This document shows, in pieces, positions 30,162-39,401 of a DNA stretch of 64,000 nt (the first letter of the stretch is position 1; each line of letters begins with the position of its first letter). The notes beneath the pieces are model-generated. The model was not told where the DNA came from and ran no database searches. It saw only the letters and a program-made list of their open reading frames with translations. A program made the translations under genes and the position numbers. The DNA comes from Leptospirales bacterium (GTDB lineage: Bacteria > Spirochaetota > Leptospiria > Turneriellales > JAOUFE01): positions 27,829 through 91,828 of the forward strand of contig JBEQLE010000004.1 of NCBI GenBank assembly GCA_040326155.1, read 5' to 3'.

Positions 30162-31799
30162 ATGGAAAACCTCATTTTAATTGTCCTGATCGCCGCTTTA
30201 TGCTCCACGGTGTTAAATGTATTTTTTAAACGTTTTAATATGCCCCCTATATTGGGTTATATTTTATCTGGGGTAATTATTACATCTATTTTTAATTTAC
30301 AAAATTCAAACCGACAAATGCTGTCTGAAATAGCCGAGTTCGGAATCGTTTTTTTACTTTTTACGATTGGCCTTGAATTCTCAGTTCAGAATTTAAAGAA
30401 AATGAAAAAAGAGGTTTTTGTTCATGGAACAATCCAATTTTTGTTAACATCACTTGTATTTTTTCTCATAGCGCACTATTTTTTTTCCATCCCTCTAAAA
30501 GGGGCTATTGTATCGGGAGCAGCGCTTGCCCTCTCTTCAACCGCAATTGTATTGAAATTTTTTCAAGAAAATAGAGAGATGGGCCGGGCTTATGCAAGAG
30601 AATCGCTCGGTATTTTAATCTTACAGGATATTGCCGTAATTCCGGTACTTATTATGATCGGAATTTTTACAAAAACCGGTGATGTCAATATCGGTACGTT
30701 GCTTGCCCGAACTGTTTTAGAAGCGGCAATTGTTTTAGCCTTGTTATGGGTATTTGGCAAATACGTATTAAACATAGCTTTGTCCTGGGTAACCAGTGTT
30801 CACTCCCATGAGATCTTTATTTCATCCATTTTACTTCTCGTTGTTGGCGCCTCCTACCTCGCCCACTCCTTCGGATTTTCTTACTCCTTAGGCGCATTTA
30901 TTGCCGGACTCATGATTGCTGAAACCCAGTATAAATACCAGATTGAAGCCGATCTGACTCCCTTTCGAGATATTTTACTGGGGGTATTTTTTGTCTCTGT
31001 TGGAATGCAGATTGATATCCGGTTTATGTTCCTACACCTAGCCGACATTCTAACGCTGATGACTATGATTATGCTGATTAAAGCCGCTCTAATATTTCTG
31101 GTTTTACGCTTTAGTCATTGGAGTTCAACTTCATTAAAAACGGCCGTGGCTCTATCTCAGGTTGGTGAATTTTCATTTGTAATATTTGAACTTGCCCAAG
31201 ATGGAAAATTACTGAGCGGCGATATATCGAAAACGATGATTATAGCGGTTGTCTTTTCTCTTATGTTAACGCCATTCATATTGCGCTACCTCGAATTAAT
31301 AATTCGCTTTACCCGAAGGCAAAGCAATACGCAAGAATCAGTATTAATTGAACCGAAACCCGAAAAAATGAAAGGTCATATTCTGGTTTGTGGATATGGT
31401 TTCCAAGGACGCCAGGTGGTGGAACAACTGATAAAAATGAATATCCCTTATCTTGCCATTGAATTTCAAAGACAACTCGTAGACAAGGGCAAGGCAGCCG
31501 GTAGGAATATTATGTTTGGTAATGCATCTCAGAAATCTATATTAAAAAAAGCGGGATTACGTAATGCAATTGCCGCCATCGTTGCTATTGAAGACGAAAA
31601 AAAAGCCGCATTAGTTGGCAGAAGAGTAACTGAAGCCGCAGCAAACATTAACGTTGTAATCAAGGTCTCTCATGAAAACCTTTTTGCAGATTTAAAAGAT
31701 ATGGACGGCGTACATATAATTAACGAACACGCGGCTCTTGCCAAAACCCTCGTAAACTATGCCATCACCTGTGATATTGACCAAAACCAGAGTCAATAA
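30162..31799 (+). CDS. CPA2 (Kef-type) K+/H+ antiporter with TrkA-N domain
   Basis: AEFGIVFLLFTIGLE, ALSSTAIVLK, LQDIAV, SQVGEFSFV, GYGFQG. Confidence 0.92.
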   Translation: MENLILIVLIAALCSTVLNVFFKRFNMPPILGYILSGVIITSIFNLQNSNRQMLSEIAEFGIVFLLFTIGLEFSVQNLKKMKKEVFVHGTIQFLLTSLVFFLIAHYFFSIPLKGAIVSGAALALSSTAIVLKFFQENREMGRAYARESLGILILQDIAVIPVLIMIGIFTKTGDVNIGTLLARTVLEAAIVLALLWVFGKYVLNIALSWVTSVHSHEIFISSILLLVVGASYLAHSFGFSYSLGAFIAGLMIAETQYKYQIEADLTPFRDILLGVFFVSVGMQIDIRFMFLHLADILTLMTMIMLIKAALIFLVLRFSHWSSTSLKTAVALSQVGEFSFVIFELAQDGKLLSGDISKTMIIAVVFSLMLTPFILRYLELIIRFTRRQSNTQESVLIEPKPEKMKGHILVCGYGFQGRQVVEQLIKMNIPYLAIEFQRQLVDKGKAAGRNIMFGNASQKSILKKAGLRNAIAAIVAIEDEKKAALVGRRVTEAAANINVVIKVSHENLFADLKDMDGVHIINEHAALAKTLVNYAITCDIDQNQSQ

Positions 31800-32209
31800 A
31801 CATCAATTGAGTAATCTGCCCCCGAACTATTGCCCATATATACAACTCGTATAAACAACGAGGTACCCGAGGCTGTTGCCAGACAAGACTCAGTATTGGT
31901 TCCCGAGTTTGTACCGTTGCAAACCTGGTTTGTAAAATCTGCATCAGTAAAAACCTCAAGGTCCACATCACCGTTTAAATTATATAAATCTATATAATAA
32001 GATGAACTTGCGTTTACTCCATCTATTTCGTAATACCATTCATCAGATGTATAATCTGTATATGGAATATCGTCAAAAGCGGTTCCATCGTAATAAATGT
32101 AAACAGGGTTATCCTTACTGCCTTCTGACACAGACACGGTGACTGTACAAGTTGCTCGCACAGCAAAGATAAATACAAATAAGGTAAAAATTAATAATTT
32201 GAGTTTCAT
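31793..32209 (-). CDS. Small secreted protein with a PPC-like beta domain
   Basis: Signal peptide; GDVDLEV...NTESC...IRV pattern of the pre-peptidase C-terminal domain. Confidence 0.7.
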   Translation of the reverse strand: MKLKLLIFTLFVFIFAVRATCTVTVSVSEGSKDNPVYIYYDGTAFDDIPYTDYTSDEWYYEIDGVNASSSYYIDLYNLNGDVDLEVFTDADFTNQVCNGTNSGTNTESCLATASGTSLFIRVVYMGNSSGADYSIDVY

Positions 32210-32253
32210 TTAACAACCCCTCATGAGAACAATAATAGAATCGTACTGCTTTG

Positions 32254-33576
32254 TCAATTTTTTTTCAGTCGCATATATCGGTATAAAAAAACAGCAGCTA
32301 TTGAAAAAGCGACTGCCGGGCCAAATGCGTATAAAGTACGTATGGCCAGCGCCGACTCATAAGTTTGTTCCACATTTGCTATATACCCGCCCCACCATAA
32401 AACAACACCGAGCAAGGCGGCGGAAAACCCCATAGCACTTTTATTTATGAAAGTGTATAATGCAAAATATGTTCCTTCACGACTCTGGTTCTCCTGTACT
32501 CCGTCAGAAGAAATTGTGTCGGCTAAAGCCGCAGGGTTTATCATAATGATTGCCCCGGCGGCAACACCGGCGATTGTCGCCAAGATCGCCATTTGTACAA
32601 CATCTCCGGCGCTTAAATACATGGTGAAAATAAAAATCAACGCTGCTGTAATATTAGCCCCCATCCATAATTTTAGTTTATCAACTCGTTTAGCAATGAA
32701 TATCCAGCCGGGAATCGAAAGTGTGGCGGCCAGCATGAACAGTCCGATTACGATGGCCTCACTACCAGGGGCATTTAGAATATATTCTGTATAATAAAAT
32801 GTAGCTGTCAAAATGATGGCTCCGCCGACCTGACTGAAAAAACCAACAATTAGTATACTTCGAGCCTGACGATTTTTCAACACAGCACCATAGGTTTTAA
32901 ATATACCATGCTTTGCACTTGTCTGGTCTTGACCGCGCGGGGTTTTTAAAACCATAATCCATATTACGGCGATTGTAAAAATTCCCACTCCGCCCATAAC
33001 CCAGGGAGTAACTTCTTTTGCCGTCGCCCCGGAACCTGGTTCAAAAATAACCATCTGTAAAACGGCAACTCCCAGAAAATTTCCAATATTTTCCCAAAGA
33101 GCTCTGTTTCCATATATTCTATTTCTGTCGTGATAATCAGCCGAAAGTTCAGCCCCTAAAGAGTAATGTGGAATATAAAAAGCTGTCAAAGCAGTATAAA
33201 AAACCGGAATTGCAATAATCATCCAGAGTATCTTATAATTCTCGGCGGGAGTCCATAAAAAATAAAATAACACACCTGTGGGAATCGCCGAAGCGGCAAT
33301 CCATAACCGGCGTCTACCCATACGGGAGGTGGTATGGTCGCTTAAATAACCACAAATGGGATCGTTTATAGCGTCCCAGATGCGAGCGCCAAGAAAAATC
33401 ATTCCCATTGTTAAGCTGCCGATAAATAAAACATCAGTAGCATACTTCATTAAGTAAGTTCCGGTAAGAAAATTCAACATCGACGCCCCGGTCATGGGCA
33501 GCCCGTAAAAGAAAAGTAATTTCCTTGAAATCGGACCTGAAGAGGCAGCCCGAGCGTGATCAACATCTGGTTTCAT
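32254..33576 (-). CDS. GPH-family MFS glycoside/cation symporter
   Basis: ARIWDAINDPICGYLSD, SRMGRRRLW, SLGAELS, REGTYFA; start uncertain (33576 or 33612). Confidence 0.92.
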   Translation of the reverse strand: MKPDVDHARAASSGPISRKLLFFYGLPMTGASMLNFLTGTYLMKYATDVLFIGSLTMGMIFLGARIWDAINDPICGYLSDHTTSRMGRRRLWIAASAIPTGVLFYFLWTPAENYKILWMIIAIPVFYTALTAFYIPHYSLGAELSADYHDRNRIYGNRALWENIGNFLGVAVLQMVIFEPGSGATAKEVTPWVMGGVGIFTIAVIWIMVLKTPRGQDQTSAKHGIFKTYGAVLKNRQARSILIVGFFSQVGGAIILTATFYYTEYILNAPGSEAIVIGLFMLAATLSIPGWIFIAKRVDKLKLWMGANITAALIFIFTMYLSAGDVVQMAILATIAGVAAGAIIMINPAALADTISSDGVQENQSREGTYFALYTFINKSAMGFSAALLGVVLWWGGYIANVEQTYESALAIRTLYAFGPAVAFSIAAVFLYRYMRLKKN

Positions 33577-33655
33577 AGAGACCCAGAAATAAAATAAAAG
33601 CATTGCAGGCATAGTCCTTTTTTTGTTTTATCATTTGAAAACATCGGAGTCCAAT

Positions 33656-34579
33656 TTGAGATCAAATATTGTATTATTTAACCCTTCTTCCGGTAAAGGT
33701 CGTTCGCTGAAAAAAAAAGAACACCTGAGTAGCGCTTTAAATAAATATTCCATTGAACACGAATTTATTATTACAAAAAGTGAGGCGCATCTACGGGAAC
33801 TTGTTCATACCCATGCAGACGCAAAATCAATTATAGCTGTCGGGGGAGATTCGACGATTACAATTGCTGCCGATGAAATTATAAAAGGAAAACATAACGT
33901 AACCCTCGGGTTAATCCCTCTCGGTTCGTCAGACGATATAGCGCTGGATTACGGAATTACCGATCTTGAAAAAGCGGTCTCCGTTATTCACAAAGCAGAA
34001 ACCCGGCAAACCGATATCGGTAAAATAACGGAAAATGGGAATACTGTATGCCATTTTCTGGGTCAGGCAAATATAGGAATCGGAGTCGCGGTTAACCGTT
34101 ATGTGGCAAATGCCGTTCATAAGAATAGATTTCTTTCTAAAAACCAGACTTTAGCGGGTCTGGCCGGAATGATGCATGCCTATAAAAAACACGAAGTTCC
34201 CGTGCAAGCCCATATTGTTCATCCAGAAGAAAACATGGATGGGGAATTTACCAGCCTATTGTTCAGTAAAATTCGATACTGGGCCTCAGGGTTGCTATAT
34301 GCACCAAGCGCAAAACCCGATGATGGTGATTTACATGCTGTGTTTATTAAGTCCTGCCCACTGCTCCGGTTACTGCGTTTGACTCAACTGGCTGCAAACG
34401 GAAGGCATGTGAAGCAAGAAGAGACAGTGACAGTTTCTGCAAATAAATTTCGCGTTCGTTTAAACTCCCCGTTTCAAATTCAAGTCGACGGCGACATTCT
34501 GCAACAATCGAATCAAGAAAGAAATTTTACAGAAGTTGAATTTTCAACGTTACCTTTGGCTATAAAAGTCTTTCGGTAA
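33656..34579 (+). CDS. Diacylglycerol/lipid kinase family (YegS/DgkB-like)
   Basis: NPSSG, VGGDST, IPLGSSDD, QVDGD motifs; TTG start uncertain. Confidence 0.9.
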   Translation: MRSNIVLFNPSSGKGRSLKKKEHLSSALNKYSIEHEFIITKSEAHLRELVHTHADAKSIIAVGGDSTITIAADEIIKGKHNVTLGLIPLGSSDDIALDYGITDLEKAVSVIHKAETRQTDIGKITENGNTVCHFLGQANIGIGVAVNRYVANAVHKNRFLSKNQTLAGLAGMMHAYKKHEVPVQAHIVHPEENMDGEFTSLLFSKIRYWASGLLYAPSAKPDDGDLHAVFIKSCPLLRLLRLTQLAANGRHVKQEETVTVSANKFRVRLNSPFQIQVDGDILQQSNQERNFTEVEFSTLPLAIKVFR

Positions 34580-34846
34580 TTTATGTCTTGTATTGATCAT
34601 TTCATCCTGTAATATTATTCCAACAAAGAATTTCAGGAAGGGGGCGGATGGTTTTTTACCCACCGGGAAAACCACAATCCCCCTTGTCTGCGAATTTTTT
34701 TGGAAGCCAAAAAAGATTCTTCGACAACCCCCCGTTATTATAATTTTATTTCGACAACACTATTAATGAATTCGTTATCAGGGTATTCATAGACGAATAA
34801 TTTTTTAATAATGGACAACCCTTCTCTTTTTTAGTTATTATACAAC

Positions 34847-35017
34847 GTGGCTGTATCATACCTGGAACCAATACCTGAACTAACCGGCAATAAGGCTAAA
34901 GAGTTCGAAGAGAAAATGAAATCAATTAAACCTAAGGTATTATCGAAAGATGAAAAGGATTGGCTGAAAACTGTCAAAATTGGCGGCCAGCATATTTTTG
35001 ATAAAAATCATAAATGA
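34847..35017 (+). CDS. Small putative antitoxin (56 aa)
   Basis: Manual translation MAVSYLEPIPELTGNKAKEFEEKMK...; its stop overlaps the ATG of the GNAT remnant (ATGA). Confidence 0.55.
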   Translation: MAVSYLEPIPELTGNKAKEFEEKMKSIKPKVLSKDEKDWLKTVKIGGQHIFDKNHK

Positions 35018-35294
35018 TACTTCATTTTCCTGAAGAATAGGCCGTTTTGCAGTACATACAGAACTGGCCAGCAAAGGTATCGGCAGCAAACTTATAAATT
35101 TTATTAAACTTTGGTTTACTGTAACCAATAAAACCGGGTGCAGGTTTTTAATCGTCGATGCTAGAAACTCAGACCCTGTTATCAAATTCTATCGAAAAAA
35201 TGGTTTTGAAGATTATCCAGAGACTTCAAGAGACAGCAATACTGTTCTTATGTTTTATGATCTATTAGCTTTCCAGTTAGCATTTGATAAATAA
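35014..35294 (+). pseudogene. GNAT acetyltransferase (TacT/AtaT-like toxin), internally deleted and frameshifted
   Basis: ATG 35014 gives MILHFPEE*; another frame from 35034 gives RIGRFAVHTELASKGIGSKL...GCRFLIVDA...IKFYRKNGF...*. Confidence 0.8.
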
Positions 35295-35396
35295 ATTATT
35301 AGAAAGCCGGCAGCTGACTTTAAACTCAAATTTCACATACCAGATTTTCATCTGCTCTACCGCACTACGCACGACTGCAAGGCTAAATAATATCTA

Positions 35397-35795
35397 TTGA
35401 CATCAGAGAATTATGATGAGAAGAAAATTTCAAGCCTGGAAACACAAGCCAAGAAACTTAATGATGCAAGTACGAAGAACTTGTTATCAAATTTGTTCTA
35501 CAACTGGGGAACTTGCTTAATGAATCTGGCAAAAACCAAGCAAGGCAAAGAAGCGGAAGAGTTGTACAACCAGGCAATCGAGAAGTACCAAAAAGCTATT
35601 GAATTTGGCGGCAGTCCTTACAATCTTGCTTGTTTATATGCAATAACAGGAGATGAGAAGAACGCATTACATTTCTTAGATATTAGTTTGAAAAACAAGG
35701 AAATTTCTACTGATTTTGTACTTGAAGACGAAGATTGGAAAAATCTTTTAGAACATGAAAAGTTTAAAGCAATCATTCAAAAATACAAGACTTGA
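35397..35795 (+). pseudogene. C-terminal TPR fragment or short TPR protein
   Basis: FYNWGTCL..LA, YNLACLYA...AL motifs; weak TTG start, looks like the tail of a longer TPR array. Confidence 0.55.
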
Positions 35796-35851
35796 AACAG
35801 GAAGCATACTTGACTTTTATTCGGCCATTGGGGGAAACCAGTTCGCCACTG

Positions 35852-36469
35852 TTAGCGAGATTTCAAGTGGAACCGAAAATCACAAGAATCACCTCCTTTT
35901 GAAATTGTTTGAGTTCTCTTTAAATTGCAATGCCAGAGTTCAGCTAAAGGGTAATCCATATTGCACGCAGCAAACGCAGTAAGTTCGGGAGACTCATTTT
36001 CGATAAAGAAATTTGAGATTGGACATTTGACAACATCAAAACCAACGTCACATTCCCCGTCTTTTTTTACTCGCTGAAAAGGTTTTCTGAAAATGATGAA
36101 CCAAAGAAGGCCATTCACCAAGCCCAACCTGCGTTTACGATTCGAGCCAATTAATCTTGTGAGTTTATAACTAAAAACACTTATATTTTTAAAGATTGTC
36201 CAACCGATTTCTTCTATATGTTTTTGCGCAATCTCAACCTCGATATTATTTTTAATCATCGCCTTGTAAAGAGCCAAATCTCTTTTCATGTATGCCAAAA
36301 GTAGTTTGACGCCGAATGAAAATCCGGTAGGTGTATTTTTATTTTTTTTCATAAAATCGTCCATATCGTTGAAAAGAGTGTTTAGCTTCTTCTTCGAGTA
36401 AATAACATTCAGTATTTTTGATGAAACTCTTGTAAAGTTATAGTTGGGAAAAAAGAATAATATAGTCAC
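35852..36469 (-). CDS. ATC-hydrolase-like (L-2-amino-thiazoline-4-carboxylic acid hydrolase domain) protein
   Basis: FDVVKCP...CNMDY...RTQTISKGGDSCDFRF; true start uncertain. Confidence 0.75.
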   Translation of the reverse strand: MTILFFFPNYNFTRVSSKILNVIYSKKKLNTLFNDMDDFMKKNKNTPTGFSFGVKLLLAYMKRDLALYKAMIKNNIEVEIAQKHIEEIGWTIFKNISVFSYKLTRLIGSNRKRRLGLVNGLLWFIIFRKPFQRVKKDGECDVGFDVVKCPISNFFIENESPELTAFAACNMDYPLAELWHCNLKRTQTISKGGDSCDFRFHLKSR

Positions 36470-36612
36470 TTTATGCCTCTTTAAAGATGTTCGCTACAGA
36501 AAATATTTTAATTATTCAATATCTGATTTTAAAAGCAAATGCGCCACTCTTTTTTATTCCATAAAAGAGTTTGCATTTTACATGCACTTTTTCATATTGT
36601 AATATTCTGTCT

Positions 36613-37884
36613 ATGGAACCTTTAGCTGAAAGAATGCGCCCCGCAACTCTTGATGAGTATATTGGACAAGAACATCTGGTCGGAGATGGCGCCGTTTTGC
36701 GTAATGCAATCGATAACGGAAATCTGCCCAGTATTATTCTCTGGGGACCGCCCGGTGTCGGTAAAACTACTCTTGCCAGAATAATTGCGAATCATTTGAA
36801 ACGCCCTTTTTATAATTTAAGCGCTATAAATTCAGGGGTAAAGGATGTTCGAGAAGTCATTGATCGAGCTCAAAAATCGGGACTATTTGATGCAAAAAAC
36901 CCTTTAATGTTTATCGATGAAATTCACCGTTTCTCAAAGTCACAACAAGATTCACTGCTTGGAGCCGTAGAAAAAGGAACGGTCACTTTAATAGGGGCTA
37001 CGACAGAAAACCCTTCTTTTGAAGTCATTTCACCCCTGCTTTCCCGGTGCCAGGTCTACCTGTTGAAACCACTTACCGATGAACATCTTCAAACAATGTT
37101 ACAATCGGTCCTTGAAAAAGATCCGCTTCTGAGTTCAAAAAATATAGTTTTGCAACAAACTTCTGCGCTACTACAGATGGCTGGCGGAGACGCACGACGC
37201 CTCCTAAACCACTTTGAACTGGTCGTCCAAAATACGAAAACAAAGGAAGTTATAATTACGGATGAACTTGTTTTAACCTGTCTGCAACAAAATCCGGTAC
37301 GCTACGACAAAGATGGTGAACAACACTACGATATTATTTCTGCCTTTATAAAATCTTTGCGCGGTAGTGACCCCAACGCAGCAGTTTACTGGCTTGCTCG
37401 CATGGTGGAAGGCGGTGAAAAACCAGAATTTATTGCACGTCGATTGCTGATACTGGCTTCCGAAGATATTGGCAATGCAAACCCTACAGCTCTGGTTGTC
37501 GCCAACAGTTGTTTTCAGGCAGTCCACGTATTGGGATGGCCCGAGGCTAGAATCGTTCTGTCGCAATGCGCTATTTATCTGGCAACCAGCCCGAAAAGTA
37601 ATGCCTCCTATGTGGCCATTAAACAAGCCCAGGAAACTGTGAAAAAAACAGGGAACGCTGAAGTACCGCTCTGGATTCGCAATGCCCCTACCGAAATGAT
37701 GAAACAGTTTGATTATGGCAAAGGGTATAAATATTCCCACGATTTTGATGGAAATTTTATTCAACAAGAGTACCTTCCCGATCAACTGAAAGGTACACTC
37801 TTTTATATACCAGGTAATAATCCGCGTGAAAAGGAGATAAAAACCAGACTAAGCAATTGGTGGAAAGGCAAATATAAATATTAG
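36613..37884 (+). CDS. rarA: Replication-associated recombination protein A (AAA+)
   Basis: PLAERMRP, WGPPGVGKT, IDEIHRF, GATTENPSF, ISAFIKSLRGSD motifs. Confidence 0.97.
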   Translation: MEPLAERMRPATLDEYIGQEHLVGDGAVLRNAIDNGNLPSIILWGPPGVGKTTLARIIANHLKRPFYNLSAINSGVKDVREVIDRAQKSGLFDAKNPLMFIDEIHRFSKSQQDSLLGAVEKGTVTLIGATTENPSFEVISPLLSRCQVYLLKPLTDEHLQTMLQSVLEKDPLLSSKNIVLQQTSALLQMAGGDARRLLNHFELVVQNTKTKEVIITDELVLTCLQQNPVRYDKDGEQHYDIISAFIKSLRGSDPNAAVYWLARMVEGGEKPEFIARRLLILASEDIGNANPTALVVANSCFQAVHVLGWPEARIVLSQCAIYLATSPKSNASYVAIKQAQETVKKTGNAEVPLWIRNAPTEMMKQFDYGKGYKYSHDFDGNFIQQEYLPDQLKGTLFYIPGNNPREKEIKTRLSNWWKGKYKY

Positions 37885-37892
37885 GCAGAGAG

Positions 37893-37922
37893 TTATCCAC
37901 AAATGTGGAAAACTGTGGATAA
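37893..37922. promoter_or_regulatory. Cluster of three DnaA boxes
   Basis: TTATCCACA(37893-37901)-aa-TGTGGAAAA(37904-37912)-c-TGTGGATAA(37914-37922). Confidence 0.75.
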
Positions 37923-37953
37923 CCTGTCGAAAGACGCTGATAAAATTTGATTG

Positions 37954-38568
37954 TTACATGAAAAATGTAGCGCGAAGTTTACCGTTTTCACGTACAATAT
38001 AAATATACATGAGGTCTTCCCATAGATCCAGCTTCCTTTTTCCCCGTTTTGTTCTGGTGACCCAGATAAAATACTCACCTGCTGCGGGTTTATGTTCCAG
38101 CTCATTTAAATAGGGGTTTAGCGGACGCTTTTTCTTTTTACCGTCAATTACATCATCAAACTGGTCTATCGAATAAATATCAATGTAATATGTCTCAAAA
38201 AAAACATTCGCCGAGTAATTCCCCCGATTGAACTTTGTGATTACATTACACCACTCTTTTTTATATTCAGAAGTAATGTCTTCGCCATCCAGAGTTTTTT
38301 TTGCCAACAACTTCTGACCATAAGAACATTTCTTCTCGAATAAAGCCTGGTACCAGGCAATCGTAAACTCTCTTATCTCTTTGCGTTCTTTATCATCCGT
38401 TCGTTCGTGTAATTTGCCATTCGATTTATTTTTTGCCGCTAAGCGAACACTCTCCACATTTTGCCCGAACTCAACAACCGCGATTTCTTTTGCAATAATC
38501 TCGGAAGTAACAAGCGTACCCAGGCTCAAAGATGATAAAAACAAAACCAAAGCGCTGATTTTATTCAT
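37954..38568 (-). CDS. Exported hypothetical protein
   Basis: Signal peptide; AGGAGG SD. Confidence 0.75.
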   Translation of the reverse strand: MNKISALVLFLSSLSLGTLVTSEIIAKEIAVVEFGQNVESVRLAAKNKSNGKLHERTDDKERKEIREFTIAWYQALFEKKCSYGQKLLAKKTLDGEDITSEYKKEWCNVITKFNRGNYSANVFFETYYIDIYSIDQFDDVIDGKKKKRPLNPYLNELEHKPAAGEYFIWVTRTKRGKRKLDLWEDLMYIYIVRENGKLRATFFM

Positions 38569-38818
38569 ATTCTACCTCCTTTTTTCGAATATAATCTAGG
38601 TCCGTAAGAGAGGTTGTCAAGCTTTAGTGATATTTTTTTAAGAAATTTTCAATTCACACTATTTATCATCAACCTGACATATATTTGTACATGCATTACA
38701 CAAAAACGCCAAAATATCGGTGTAAAATTACGCACAACGCCTGTCTAATTCTGGAATACGAGTCTGGTAGCCTGGATTTTGCTGTACAACAAAAGATAGA
38801 GTCCGAATATGTATAAAT

Positions 38819-39280
38819 ATGCGGCGAAATGATAGGAAAAAAACGGACCCAAAGGTTATCCAAAAGATGGTTAAAGCAGCCCAGGTTCTAAGACTGGGGC
38901 TTGTTGACAAAGAAAATCCTTATATAGTTCCCTTGAATTTCGGAGTTGAGTTTAATCCGATGGTTTTTTACTTTCACTGTGCTTCCTATGGCAGAAAAGT
39001 TGATATTTTGCAACGTAACAACAGTGTCTGTTTTCAAATTGACGAAGGACGACTGGTCACGGCAAATGTGCCTTGTGACTGGGGTATGGAATACAAAAGC
39101 ATTCTGGGTTACGGAAAAATTCTTTTTATCGAAGAACCTAATGATAAAATATTTGCTCTGAATCGAATTATGGAACACTACGGTAGTAAAAAAAAAGGAA
39201 ATTACCCACCAGTTCAAATTCAAAAAATAACAGTCTTGAAACTGGTTGTAGACTCTTTATCATGTAAGATTTCAAAGTAG
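38819..39280 (+). CDS. Pyridoxamine 5'-phosphate oxidase-like flavin-binding protein (NimA/PaiB-like)
   Basis: MRRNDR, PYIVPLNFG, FYFHCA.YGRK, YKSILGYG. Confidence 0.88.
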   Translation: MRRNDRKKTDPKVIQKMVKAAQVLRLGLVDKENPYIVPLNFGVEFNPMVFYFHCASYGRKVDILQRNNSVCFQIDEGRLVTANVPCDWGMEYKSILGYGKILFIEEPNDKIFALNRIMEHYGSKKKGNYPPVQIQKITVLKLVVDSLSCKISK

Positions 39281-39401
39281 AAAAAAAATATAAACCTGTA
39301 AGGTTTTAATAAAAAAACTCTGGAAAAGATACCCCACATATATTAAGTTACTATAGCCAACAAAGAATAAGCTGCAATTGCCGCTTTTGAAAGCAGTCAA
39401 T

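Noticed and set aside
35780..35860. Integron attC site after the ATC-hydrolase-like gene (stop codon within GCTAAC)
   Set aside because: No complementary GTTAGC-type R' box or L boxes on that strand, and no integrase in the window
37885..37953. oriC
   Set aside because: Only 69 bp, with no evident unwinding element and no dnaA/dnaN/gidA nearby; kept as a DnaA-box cluster
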